From: Lepidodermella squamata
Lineage: Eukaryota > Animalia > Gastrotricha
Assembly: GCA_047495785.1 (NCBI GenBank)
Contig: JBLDXI010000031.1
Location: 1,178,001-1,242,000, forward strand
Direction of reading: 5' to 3'
Length of the DNA: 64,000 nucleotides
The translations under genes and the position numbers were made by a program. Numbering within the stretch: the stretch's first letter is position 1; each line of letters begins with the position of its first letter. The notes beneath the pieces were generated by a model. The model searched no databases. It saw only the letters and a list, made by a program, of their open reading frames with translations, and was not told the origin of the DNA. This document shows, in pieces, positions 26,109 to 37,370 of this stretch.

Positions 26109-27245
26109 TCAGCCCCCTTGCTCCATCAGCAGAAGCTTGAAGTAAGAAACCAGCGTTTCAACACCGTGCAAGAAATTTTCATCGATCGCTCCATCGGCGT
26201 TGAAAACGTGAGCGAAATCTATGATTTTCACTGAAACCAACTGACTTGAACTAGCTTCGCCAGCTTCGTGGCAAAGAAGCAGAGACGATGCGTAAAAACA
26301 GCATGAACGCTGAGATCGAAACCAGTCGCTAATCTCCTCGAGTTTCTCGATAGTTTTCTCAACGCATCGACGCCGCAAACTCTCGCCGCCAAAGAAGACT
26401 CTGAATACTAAAGAAATATTGATTCCAATGTTCTAGCGTGAAACACTCACCTTTGGAATTTAGCTCACTAGGAGCAACGTTACGAGTGTAGTTCGAGTAA
26501 AATGTTGCCAGCGTGATTTCGCCAGTCTCAACGTCCTTTTGACCAGTCTATAAGTTGATGATAATGATAAATCTGAAGATCTTAACGGTCAGGCGACCTT
26601 ACTTTGAAGCCGATAACTTGAAATCCAGTCTCGGCGGAGTGAGGGCATTTTGCATCAGCTTTTTGCCGTTTTTCCGCCGAAGCAGTTGGATCCCATGTAT
26701 GGCGGCCCATTTTCACGTCCATGACAGCTGATGGCTGAGTAGCAGATAGCAGAGTCACGTCTTCGAGCCGCATGTAGTCCATGCCTTTCTCCGTCTTCCC
26801 ATGGAATTTAGGTATGAACTGACGCAGAGATATAAGGGCTTTGTCGGAACAATCCGCATCGAAAACTCGGCAATAGAACGCGTACTCCAACTTGCCCAAT
26901 GGCGAAGCATGAATTGGCTTCATCACGATACTGCTTTCACTTGGGTCGATTAAAAAGCCGATTTTGTGTTTCCTGAACATATGCCCGCCAACTTGATTTG
27001 GCAAGAGTAAAGTTGCCTGATCGGTTCGATAAAACCTTTTAAGAGTTAAGATAGCATATTAATACAGAGACTTTTACCTCTGGAATGACGAGTTCAGTTC
27101 TTATTTTAATCGTGGAATAGGCAGTAATTGGGGTCGTGTTGGGTCGTGTTGGGAACGAAGCAGAAATTTGACTTTCCTCGCGGAATCGATATTCCCGAGT
27201 GCAGTTTGCTGGTGAATCCAAATTCTGAGCAGTTATAACCGTCAT
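26109..27245 (-). CDS. IPMK: Inositol polyphosphate multikinase; exons ~27245-27078, 27016-26603, 26547-26451, 26407-26109
   Basis: IPK-family motifs NQVGGH, PSAVMDVKMG (PxxxDxKxG), FYASSLL and VKIIDFAH. Exon 1 and the start are less certain. Confidence 0.88.
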
Positions 27246-27689
27246 TGCACCTCAACGCGCGTAGAATGGAAGGGGAACTTGATATGAATGCATTTAAACG
27301 ACAATATCAGTTGTTTTTTATCCGATATTATTCGAATATCGTGTTTCTTCTTAATTTTTTAGGCGGAAAATGCCTGCTGATCCAACAAAGGCGATAGTGC
27401 ACTGGCTATATTTTACTCACTCATTCGACTAATTCGAGAAACGCTTTCGTTCATTTTCCTTCGAATATGGTAGACTGATGATTTACACATGCCCAACATT
27501 TATCTGTCATTCTCGGTTTGAATACCCAGCCCATATGCGCCCATAAAAATGAATCATTGAGCACTGAAGTTTCCTTATCGTGGTGAGAGGCCGTGGGATT
27601 TTTGCATTTTACACCCCTTGTTATCTAAAGTAGCAGAGGATTTCCAGCCTACTTGATGATGTCAATTACCAGTTTGCTCAAACAAAAAC

Positions 27690-29229
27690 ATGCAGCCATC
27701 TACTGAAGAGGAGGTTGATGAAACTGAACAACAACCTCAAAAATGTGAAGGCAAACGGTGTTTGATATGCCTGCCCATCTACTGGCTGTACAAAGCCTTC
27801 GTTAACATCGTCCTCCACTCGATGCGATGGAACAAACGCTCAACGCCACAGTACTTCTACTTCGCTTTCTGCCTGATTCAAGTTTTCGCCGCTGGCTTAC
27901 TTATCGCAGCTCCAATCGCCGTACCGGATGAGAGAGATTTCGATTCGGAATCTTCCAAGCTTTACCGCTACAATCTGTATCCATTCTACTCCGGCGATTA
28001 TCCGATTGCAGTCCCCTTATTCATTGTCTATGTTGCTGCCGCTCTTTGCGGGTGGCTTTTCATTTTCTCGCTGCCAAGCTTTGCGGTGACATCAATGGCT
28101 CTGCTTCATTCATTCATATTTATTTGCTATTGGATATATCTCTCTGTATTTGTTGGCGAAATCATTTATTACAGAATGGAAGAGTTGACGCGCCACCTGA
28201 ATTTAACCAGCTACCTGGAGTCCGACTCAAGCGTCAAGGAGGCTTTATTGAGCGATTTAATATCCAGCTACAAAGACACGGATGTTGTTTCAACATTTTA
28301 TGGCAATTCTTTCACCCTCAACGCAATCATGGTCAAATACGACTGTTGTGGCATTGATGGCCCTGAAGATTTCCAGTTGAACAGAGGATCTTGGGACAAG
28401 TTTTATATAGGCCTGGCCCAGCCAGCTGTGGTTCCAATCGCCTGTTGCAAGTCTACTAGTTTCAGTCATCCTCTTAAATCGCCAGATCCTGAATACTCTT
28501 TCAACTCTTTCTGATACAAATTGCTTGTTAAAAGGCGAGGGAATACGGAGCAAAGGATGCTTCAACGTGATAATGAATGAAATGGCTCATATTGACAGAA
28601 TTGAGACGCACGGCGCTGTTTACGGCTCATTAGCTTTTTGTGGCGTGATTTTGTTGATCATCGGTTATTGTGTCAACTTGAACCTATCGATCAAGTATCA
28701 CTGGCTGATTTTCCATGTTGGAGGCGATACTAAACTTTTTTGTTTCCTGCATTGCAAATGCTGTGCTTGTTGCAATAATTTTGGTCTATGCTGCTGTGGG
28801 CCGAGCCTCAGACGGAAATTTAACCGAGTTACTTTGTACCACAAAACTAGGGTCGAAGCTGCTGAGAATATTCTCAAGTCCCAACAAATGCGGCCTGGCA
28901 GGGAAGGCTTAGCCGGGGGTGGCATGTATTTCGCATCTAAACCGCCATCGACCGAGGACAAAGCAAGGCATATAAAACGAGGCGATGGTACAACAATGCT
29001 GAAGGCTACGGTTGCATTGGGACGAGTTAAAAGATTGCCGCCTAAAGGTGTAACAGAATTGTCGGAGTTTGGCGAGGACTACAATGCGAGGTTTGCGACT
29101 ACTTGCGATGAAATGCGGGAGTATTTGAAGCGGGTCAAGCACGATTCAGTTTGGCTGCCTCAACCACATCCAGAGTTCATTGTTTACGATGCCACCCAAA
29201 TTTCTAGAATTAGGCCAGTCAAATACTGA
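27690..29229 (+). CDS. Tetraspanin-like 4-TM protein fused to a C-terminal Gig2/PARP-like ADP-ribosyltransferase domain; intronless, with a +1 frame break near 28411-28514
   Basis: ORF1 carries three TMs and the EC2 motifs YDCCGIDG and VPIACC. ORF2 (+1 frame) continues with TNC...KGC, TM4 and a Cys cluster, then LYHKT...GGGMYFA...ATVALGRVK...HDSVW...EFIVYD (H-Y-E ART signature). Confidence 0.7.
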
Positions 29230-29265
29230 CAGATAATTGTAGATTTCGCGAGAAATAAAGCTTTA

Positions 29266-30867
29266 ATGTTGAGTGGTGAACATGCTTTTGGTTCCATGTA
29301 CGACACGAGGGTAAATCTCCCTCCTCAGAAACGACTCAGTAGATTACGAAGTTATGTTAGTATTGCAAACAAGGCGCAGGCATCTCACATCTGTGTTATA
29401 AGCTATGTAGACGATGAAACATCTGCGCTCTTTTATTCATACCAATGCTATGATATTTTAGCTTTTGGATCGATTAGCTTACCATTTCAACCTTATAGCA
29501 TGAGAGCCTTTTACAACAATATTTCCAATGCTTGTCAATTTTGCGGTTTTGCTAGCAACCAATGCTGCTGTTACCAGCAGGTACAAATCAGCGAAGCGTT
29601 CAGAGCAGGATCTCCATATTTTTACAGTGTTCTTCCGACAGCGAGTTTGTTCCCTCATTACTCAGCTTCATCGCCTCCGATGACTCCAGAACCGCCACCA
29701 CTACTGCTGCCACCCCAATTCTTGTTTCAAGCTCCTCCACGCGTGGAAAACTTGCTATCATCACGTGTTATCAACGATGGTTTGAATGAGAATCAATTGG
29801 CAGCAATTTTACACGAAATTGCGTTTGACGCTGAGATGCTAGCAGAAGCCGAAATGGTGGCATCTCGCCTAGAGAGTTCAATAAATTCGAATTTGCAGCC
29901 TCAAAAAGGATGCCTAGCTTCTCTGTTCGGTTCAAAAGTTTCGTCTTTCGCACTTCGATCCTCTGCGGATCTCGACTTGGTTCTTCTTTTTGATAACGAC
30001 GAGCAAGTTTTTGTTAAACGATACGCTACTCCTGAGGAGGAAGTTGAGTCTTTGCAATTGAAAGGCGTTTCAAAGACGAAAATTCTTCAACGAATCGATC
30101 TAGTTGCTTCGATTTTACAAAACTCTTCGGAATTTGTTAATGTCACGCCTGTCAGAGGCGCCAGAATCCCGATTGTCCGGTGTTACCATCGACCTACATC
30201 ATTGAATATTGATATTTCAATCGATCAATTGCTGGGTATCAATAATAGCCACTTGCTCAAGTTGTATGCAGCTTACGACCCCAGAATTCGCCCCCTTGTA
30301 CTTATCGTCCGCCAGTGGGCTGGAATCCAGGAAATATGCCCGCTGATTGGTTTCTTTTCGAGCTACGCCTTGACATGGCTGGTTTTATTTTTCCTACAAA
30401 CAAGAAATCCACCGGTTTGTCCGAGTGTGGAAGAATTGTCCATATTTGAGCTGGAATGGAAGATTTATGGATGGCCTGCTGGCTACCCTCGAGATCTGAA
30501 AAGATGGCCCGCTACGAGAAACGCTGAATCTCTCTCGGAGCTTGTCAGATCTTTCTTCACCTTTTTCGCGACTTTCCCGTTTCGGGACGAAGTTATCATG
30601 CTTCGGAATGCTTCACGATTACCGGTTCAACTCTTCTATCAGCAGTTCTCAAAAATTCGAAAGTTGGACAGCTTTTCGATTTCGGAGGTAACCATTCAAG
30701 ATCCGATTGAGCTGAACCGCAATATAACGCGGCTAATTTCTCTGGAACATGCGAAAATCATTCAGGCGACATTTGCGTCAGCCGCTGCCATTTTTTACTC
30801 ATGCGAAACTGATGATGATTCGTTCAAGTTTTTGTTTAGCAAGCACAATCTTTCCACTATTTACTAA
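29266..30867 (+). CDS. Non-canonical poly(A)/poly(U) polymerase (Cid1/TUT1/MTPAP-like nucleotidyltransferase), intronless; probable start ATG 29500
   Basis: LFGS...ADLDL (GS + DxD), ARIPIV, third Asp in NIDISI, SSYAL, and a PAP-associated domain ESLSELVRSFFTFF...IQDPIELNRNIT. Confidence 0.88.
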   Translation: MLSGEHAFGSMYDTRVNLPPQKRLSRLRSYVSIANKAQASHICVISYVDDETSALFYSYQCYDILAFGSISLPFQPYSMRAFYNNISNACQFCGFASNQCCCYQQVQISEAFRAGSPYFYSVLPTASLFPHYSASSPPMTPEPPPLLLPPQFLFQAPPRVENLLSSRVINDGLNENQLAAILHEIAFDAEMLAEAEMVASRLESSINSNLQPQKGCLASLFGSKVSSFALRSSADLDLVLLFDNDEQVFVKRYATPEEEVESLQLKGVSKTKILQRIDLVASILQNSSEFVNVTPVRGARIPIVRCYHRPTSLNIDISIDQLLGINNSHLLKLYAAYDPRIRPLVLIVRQWAGIQEICPLIGFFSSYALTWLVLFFLQTRNPPVCPSVEELSIFELEWKIYGWPAGYPRDLKRWPATRNAESLSELVRSFFTFFATFPFRDEVIMLRNASRLPVQLFYQQFSKIRKLDSFSISEVTIQDPIELNRNITRLISLEHAKIIQATFASAAAIFYSCETDDDSFKFLFSKHNLSTIY

Positions 30868-31177
30868 TTGCTGAGTCGTTGTTGTTGTTTCACTTTTTTA
30901 TCAGTGGAAATGAATAAATTATCGGATTTTGTAGCACTGAACGTTTATGAATCTATTACAGCTATCAAAATTTAATCGAGAATCCGACGGAAAATCCACA
31001 CGGTGGATAATTATATTTGGGCGAAGTAAAACAGAAGAGCACACGACATCAATCCATTCATTTCTTTGGATTTTTTACAATAACGTATTTGTAAAAATCA
31101 AAGTTTATTGTCCTTAAAAAACTTCATTTTTATTGGAAATAGCAAAGAAGAAGGCTTTTGCGTGAGAAATTTCGGAA

Positions 31178-32899
31178 ATGATAGATTCTCCTCAGAAACA
31201 CAAGGGTTTGTTCGCCACTGCGCTTGTCCTTTTAATTACGGCTTCATTTGTTACTTACGAAAAACTTCCGCCGTTCGATTACTCATATTTTACGCTCTCT
31301 TTGGCGAAAAAGGAGGCGCTCACTGCGTTTCAACAAGAGTCATTACGAATTATATCGAATTCCATGTACAGCGAGTTTTACGCCGGATTTTTTGATGATG
31401 CAATTACCAATTTTGGTGACCAGAGTCGCTTCCACAGCACGATTCTGCGACTACTCGAGCAAAATGTTACGACAGGCCACCGGAAAGAACTGAGAGTTGC
31501 TGTAATCGCAGGGTCTAATTCCCACGAGAGGACCAGCAAGGTTTGTAAACAAAGTTGCCATTCAGAGTTTCATTTTGAGGCATTTACGCAGGGACCAAAC
31601 TACTTCGCTCGAGTTTGCAAGTGGCTTTCAAAATCGTTAAAGCCGCTCGATGTCGATGTCATCTGCGAAAATTGGTCAATGGGTGCCACAGGAAGGTAAA
31701 AATAACTTTAGTTTTAATCATAGTGAATTCACCAGGTTAATTTTTTAGCTTTTTGTATAAACTTTGTCTGGATGAGATGATTGATCTCAGCAAATTGGAT
31801 ATACTCTTCACGGAATTCGCCATCAACGAAGGGAGCAATGCCGCTAGCAATGCCACCGAGGATTACACTTTGCTCGTCGAGCACATTCTGATGACTAACC
31901 CGAATGTTCATATCATCAATCTAGAACTCGACAGTGGATGGCGACCTCTTGGCATATGGCCAAAAAATTGGCCTTGGGTGATGTCGCGATGTGAGCCGTA
32001 CTTCAGGCCTCCTTTCCATCGAGCCGTTGCGAAACAATACAATTTCCCTTCAATAACGATGTACCACTTTTTCTGTAGGCATGACTCAAGAAACGTCACC
32101 CTCAATTCTATGAAAGGTATTTTATCTGCAATAAAATGATTTCATGCCCACCGACACTTTTTCAGGTGGTTACTTGTTCTCTGACAGCATCCACCCTGGT
32201 CCGTTGGTACACATAATGGTTAGCGAGTTTGTGGTTGATTATTTCAAGCGATCGATAAACCGGCTCATAGAATCGAACACTTCGCCTGTTGTTCCTAAGG
32301 CAAGGCTGAACATTTTGAGAGACAACCCGTTCCATTCGCAATGCTTTCTATCTGTGACGCCGGGTCATTGCAATTCAACAAATCATAAGCTGGAAGAGGC
32401 TTTTGTTGTAACGCCTCAGCAAACTTTCACGCCCTCGCAGCGAGATGCGCTCCATGCTATACAGACTATGAAGCAAATCAACTCAACGGCTGAATTTGTC
32501 TTTAAAAACTTCACCAAGTTACGCACTGTTCCAGGATTTCCGTCAACCTACTGCCCGCGATTCAATAGATGCTTGGAGCCCCGGGTTGTGTTGGTGTACA
32601 AGGGAGAACCAACGGCAAAAAATAGGTTGCTTTCTATCACGGCACAGTACACCTTTACGTCGAAGCAAGTTGTTAAATCGACGTACAGCGCAGAAATGGC
32701 CGCGCGAGATTTGGGAACGCTTTCAGAGTATGCGAAGCCGGTTGGCCCGAGACAGGTTATCGATTGCTTTGCCAACAATGACACTTTATTGAATGATGTT
32801 GAATCAGCCGAGATGAAATTCGAACAACCTGGTCCGAAGCATTACCTTACGGAGCTGTTATCAATTGTGTTTGTGTTCGATTGCCCCGAGTTCAAATAA
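31178..32899 (+). CDS. Membrane-anchored SGNH/GDSL hydrolase-like protein, copy A (4 exons: 31178-31540, 31592-31695, 31750-32116, 32166-32899)
   Basis: N-terminal TM; block I RVAVIAGSNS, block II NWSMGATG, block III DILFTEFAIN, block V DSIHP. Three ~50-nt introns are conserved among the paralogs. Confidence 0.8.
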
Positions 32900-34151
32900 A
32901 ACTGTTAACTGTATACCATTACTGTTAGACTCAATCTCAATGCGAAAAAGATGATGAGGCCTAAGTCCACTTTTTAAAGCAGAATTCAAATAAACAATTC
33001 TTTGCCTGCTCAGCCACTTGTTGAGTTTAGCGCTGAATTCAAAATGTTAAGCAAAGAATGCCGCGTGAATTATTTTTAATCATTCATATTATGAAAAATT
33101 GCTCAAAACATCAGGCGAAATGTGATAACATAATTTAATTGAAACTTCGGTGATGGCTCAACCGAAGCCGCCATCAAAATAGAAATCGTACGCAAATTTT
33201 CGGATTGCCCTTCTTCCAGGCACCCCACTCAACGGCACCTTGCCATCTTCGATTTTCGGCACGCTTAGTCACTCTATTTTGGCATGTCCCAGTGACCCCA
33301 CTGCCCACAGTCACTCCAGTTGACGGTAGGTCACCCTAGTTGGGAACATCGGTCTGAGAAGGACGCTTGGAAGTGGTATAGCCGGCCTTGAAGTTGATGA
33401 CTTCTTTGTTTATAATTGGCGGTTTCGATTTCTTTGTTTTTTTTCGGCGCCAACTCGCCGTTATCACGGGCGCGGTTAGGGCGAGAAACTAGGCCTCATC
33501 CATTTCGATAACATTGGGTGCCATCCGCCCGCCACGTGGAAAACACTGATCTCCTAGTGAAAGTCAAGCGAAAAGGGCACGGGCTCAGGGCGGGAAGCCG
33601 GACGGGAAGCCGGGCGGTAATAGGGTATTGATGTAATTTTCCTTTCGGCAAAATTTTAGATTTATTGTTTATCGACCTTCCACCCGAAGGTGCTCTCGGT
33701 CCATGAGTCAGAGTTACAAGTTACATTATTGATCATCACATTATTGATATTTAAATATTTTTTTTTTTTTATCGTTCGTTTTTGGAATTTTTTGACGAAG
33801 AAATATAAAAATTTTCCGGTTTTGCCGCTATAAATCGTATGTTGTTTCGATTGATTGTTTTTATTGCCAGAAATTTCGGTTTCTTTGACGTACGAACAGG
33901 TTTCCAAGGGCGACCAAGGCTTTTCTACAACAGGCTCGCAATTAATACTTTATCAATTTTGAAAGCTCACGTTCCCAAGGTCAACAATCCCACAAGGTTC
34001 ACAAGGCTCAAAGGCTCAAGGCTCTCAAGGCTCAGACTCCAAGAATTCCGAAGGTTTTCCTAGGCCTGGAAAAGAGACAGACACGCACGTCATGTAAAAA
34101 AGGGCTTACGGTTGTTGCTTTGCTCCCCTGTGTACAAATGAAAAAAACAGA

Positions 34152-36941
34152 TTAAGTTAGGGTGATATCGCCAACCTCGTCGTTCGTAAATTCTAACCAG
34201 CCGCGCGGGCTAGTTTCGCAAGATGTGATGTTTGAGTCGGCTAAGTGGCGAATGTTCCAAGCCGGCGAATGCTGTTGCATGATGTTCCGGCCGAAGTCGT
34301 CAAAGCTCAATTGCCAGACGTATTTTAGGTATTCAGCCATCACACCACCTGAACGGAGACATCTTTCGCCGTAGCTCACGAGCCGGTCGTGGAAGACGTC
34401 TTCGATAGACTTGACACCCGACAGGTAAAGTACTCCGAACGAGTCCGCGTCGTATGGTAAGTCTAGTGCCGCACGAAGGCTATTGGCTTGCATCTCGAAT
34501 AAGCGGTTTCGAGACGACCTAGGTAAGCAAGCCCATGCTGGTGAGCTGTATGTCATGATGCTTTGGGATAGCGCATTGTGAAACATAATGCCGAGCTTGG
34601 TTGGCAAGACTTTTCGAGCCATAATACCGCGTAACATGCCGGCTCTCGGCCTGGTTTTGGATGAAATTGCCGACAACTGGGTGTCCCAGCTGAGTCGCGG
34701 GTTGAGGTGAAGACCGAGGTACTTCAGTTGCTGAACCTGTTTGATTTTTCGCGGGCCTAACCTAAGTTGAATCGAGGGTAAGGAATTATAAAAACCAAAA
34801 ATCATTGTTTCGCATTTTTCCGGGTGCAGTATTAGGCGCCAGCGGGCGCACCATTTGACAGTGTTGTCCAGCTGAAGCTGCAGTCGACGCGAGCAGTCTA
34901 AAAGCGATTTGCCGTACGCCCAGTTGAGGGCATCATCTGCATAGGTGCCGTTTGCAACTCGACGCTTACCGTCGTCGGGTTCAGCCTTTGTAGGCTGCAT
35001 ATCGGCAGTAAAAAAGATAAACAACAAGGGACTCAGAGGTGACCCTTGAGGTACACCGCAGTGAATTTCGTGTTCGTCACTGAGTTCACCTTCCACTTTC
35101 AGCTTGAAGCAGCGGCCGCGCAGAAAGTCAGCCACCCATCTGACGATGGGCTCAGGCACACCAGCTTCTATTAATTTATACAGAAGTCCGTTGTGCCACA
35201 CAACGTCAAACGCGCTCTTAAAGTCGAGAGCTACTGCGATGAGTTTCCAGTGCCGGGCCAGGGCGATAGCTACGTCATTGACGAGCCTAAAACTGGGGTC
35301 AGTGGCACATTTTCCGCGCCAGAAACCGAACTGATGTTCAGGAAGAAGGCCATTGCTGGTGAGATAATCAAATAAAACTTCCGTCACGAGCGACTCGAGA
35401 CATTTTCCGATAGCAGGAAGAAGGGCGACCGGTCTGTAGGACTCAGCCAGCTCAGGGTCTTTCCCCTCTTTGTAGACGGGGACGACTATTGCGATTTTCC
35501 ATGCCCTGGGCAAGTACCCGCAGTTCAGGCTAAGTTCGAACAGTCGTTTGAGGTGAGAGTTCAAGCTTGGGCCGCCGTTTTTCAACAGCACGTTAGACAC
35601 TTCGTCGTGACCTGGTGCTTTAAAATTCTTCAGTTTTTTAAGCAGACGTTTCAGGGAAGATTTCGGAAGTCGGACTCGAAACTTATCGGGTACCGTAACC
35701 GGCTTGGTGGCCGGGTTTTCATCAATCTCTTCGTCGACTTTCTGCCAAAATTCACGGTCGGCAGTGGCATTCGAGGTTGTCGCTGGCGCAGCTACAACTT
35801 TAGCGAACGTTTTTGCGAGCAGGTCGGCTTTCGCCTTGCTCCCCGTCACCGCTATGCCGTTCCCCGTCTTCAGGCTGACGACGCTGCGTTTCCGCTGTTT
35901 CCTCCTCAGAAGTTTCGAGGCTGCTGCCCAGGCGGGTCGTGAGTTGTTGTTATTGAAGTTTTCCGCCATAGCTTTGAGACAGCGGATGCAGTCTTTTCTG
36001 TTTTCTTCGCCAATTAGATTAGCGATCTCCTTAGTAATCGCATTCAGCGCAGTTTTAACGTACGCACTGTTGGTCGAGTCATGCAGCTTTTGCAGCTTAT
36101 TTCGCTTTTGTAGAGCTGTCGCAATCGGCTTTGTCAGCGTCCATGTTTGGATCTCGCTCGCCTTAGCTCGCGGTATTGACTCCGATGCCGCCTTTTTTAT
36201 CGATTCGACGATAGCTTCTAGGTAAATATCGATAGCACTTGGCGTGTCACCTGGTTTCGGGATCACCGGTTCAGCAAGCTCGCGAAGCCAATAGGTCAGC
36301 CTTTTTCGAAATTTAGACCAATTTGCGTGGTTGAATTTATACCGTTCTTCGTTAGAGTCCGACTTCGGGCGATTTGGTGTGCTAGTAACATTTAGTTCGA
36401 TCCTGATAGCCGCATGGTCGCTGCCGTACTTCGCGTGAACAGTTGGATTCGCGTTCATGAGCGCGCGTCCCTCAGAGTTTGCCAGCCAAATGTCGATTAG
36501 GCGTCCCACCTTGTTCGGCGAGAAATGGGTAGGCTCACCGTTGCTAAGTAGATGGTGGCCTTCTGCTTCGAGCCAGCATGCCAGAGCGGTGCCCGCGGCG
36601 TTGTTGCCTTTGCCGCCGGTTAGAAGACGAGTGTGCCAGGCGTTTAGGTCACCTCCGAAAATCGCTGGTGTGTTGTCGTTATTGTATAACAATCCACCTA
36701 AAGTGCTCTCCAAAAATGTTGTGTCGAGCTCCTCGCTTGGTGAGCGGTAGCCAGTAGCTAAAATGATCTCTTTGCCAGATTTGTCGAGTACTCGCAAGGC
36801 GAGCCATTCACTAGCTTCAGTAAAATAAGAATACATCTCGCCCAGGACGCGGATATTGTTTTTGACTAAAATGGCGACACCGCCATGACTATTTTCATCA
36901 GTTTTATTAATTTCATCTTTCGAGCGGTCAAGTCTAAACAT
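34152..36941 (-). CDS. LINE ORF2 endonuclease/reverse transcriptase (N-terminally truncated)
   Basis: 929-aa ORF with APE and RT motifs; no RNase H was recognised. Confidence 0.9.
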   Translation of the reverse strand: MFRLDRSKDEINKTDENSHGGVAILVKNNIRVLGEMYSYFTEASEWLALRVLDKSGKEIILATGYRSPSEELDTTFLESTLGGLLYNNDNTPAIFGGDLNAWHTRLLTGGKGNNAAGTALACWLEAEGHHLLSNGEPTHFSPNKVGRLIDIWLANSEGRALMNANPTVHAKYGSDHAAIRIELNVTSTPNRPKSDSNEERYKFNHANWSKFRKRLTYWLRELAEPVIPKPGDTPSAIDIYLEAIVESIKKAASESIPRAKASEIQTWTLTKPIATALQKRNKLQKLHDSTNSAYVKTALNAITKEIANLIGEENRKDCIRCLKAMAENFNNNNSRPAWAAASKLLRRKQRKRSVVSLKTGNGIAVTGSKAKADLLAKTFAKVVAAPATTSNATADREFWQKVDEEIDENPATKPVTVPDKFRVRLPKSSLKRLLKKLKNFKAPGHDEVSNVLLKNGGPSLNSHLKRLFELSLNCGYLPRAWKIAIVVPVYKEGKDPELAESYRPVALLPAIGKCLESLVTEVLFDYLTSNGLLPEHQFGFWRGKCATDPSFRLVNDVAIALARHWKLIAVALDFKSAFDVVWHNGLLYKLIEAGVPEPIVRWVADFLRGRCFKLKVEGELSDEHEIHCGVPQGSPLSPLLFIFFTADMQPTKAEPDDGKRRVANGTYADDALNWAYGKSLLDCSRRLQLQLDNTVKWCARWRLILHPEKCETMIFGFYNSLPSIQLRLGPRKIKQVQQLKYLGLHLNPRLSWDTQLSAISSKTRPRAGMLRGIMARKVLPTKLGIMFHNALSQSIMTYSSPAWACLPRSSRNRLFEMQANSLRAALDLPYDADSFGVLYLSGVKSIEDVFHDRLVSYGERCLRSGGVMAEYLKYVWQLSFDDFGRNIMQQHSPAWNIRHLADSNITSCETSPRGWLEFTNDEVGDITLT

Positions 36942-37370
36942 AGTGTATCCGCGAATTTTGAAGGTATAACTTCGGTCTAAATGAGTTTCGTTTAAGAATA
37001 TATTATCACCCCTCTGAAATTATTTATGCCTTGGTCCTAAAATCAGTCGGCCACTGTGTTGACCATTGTTCGGATTAAAATCAGACCGGCGGATTTTATG
37101 AGCGAGCCGCCGGTCTGATTTGTCTTAACTCGAACGAAGGTCAACTCAGAGCCGTCAGATGGCAGAGCAAAAATTAAGACAACCCAAAAAGAGACAGGAC
37201 AAAAAAATAGGTTTAGGAGAAAATGGCGAAAATAGAGCATGCTCCAACAAATTCCTGGCTTAGGTAAAGGTAAAAGGCCACGTTGAAAATAGTAAAAAAT
37301 TAACTAAAATGGCTTGGCTAATGGAATAGAGCTCAATATTGAATCGAGACAATAATTCGTTCTAATTTGA

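Noticed and set aside
28512-28514. Selenocysteine or stop read-through at the tetraspanin TGA
   Set aside because: The downstream conserved sequence is in the +1 frame, so in-frame read-through would not restore it.
33180-33360. Degenerate hAT-like MITE end (GTTGGGAAC...)
   Set aside because: No matching opposite terminus or target duplication was found.
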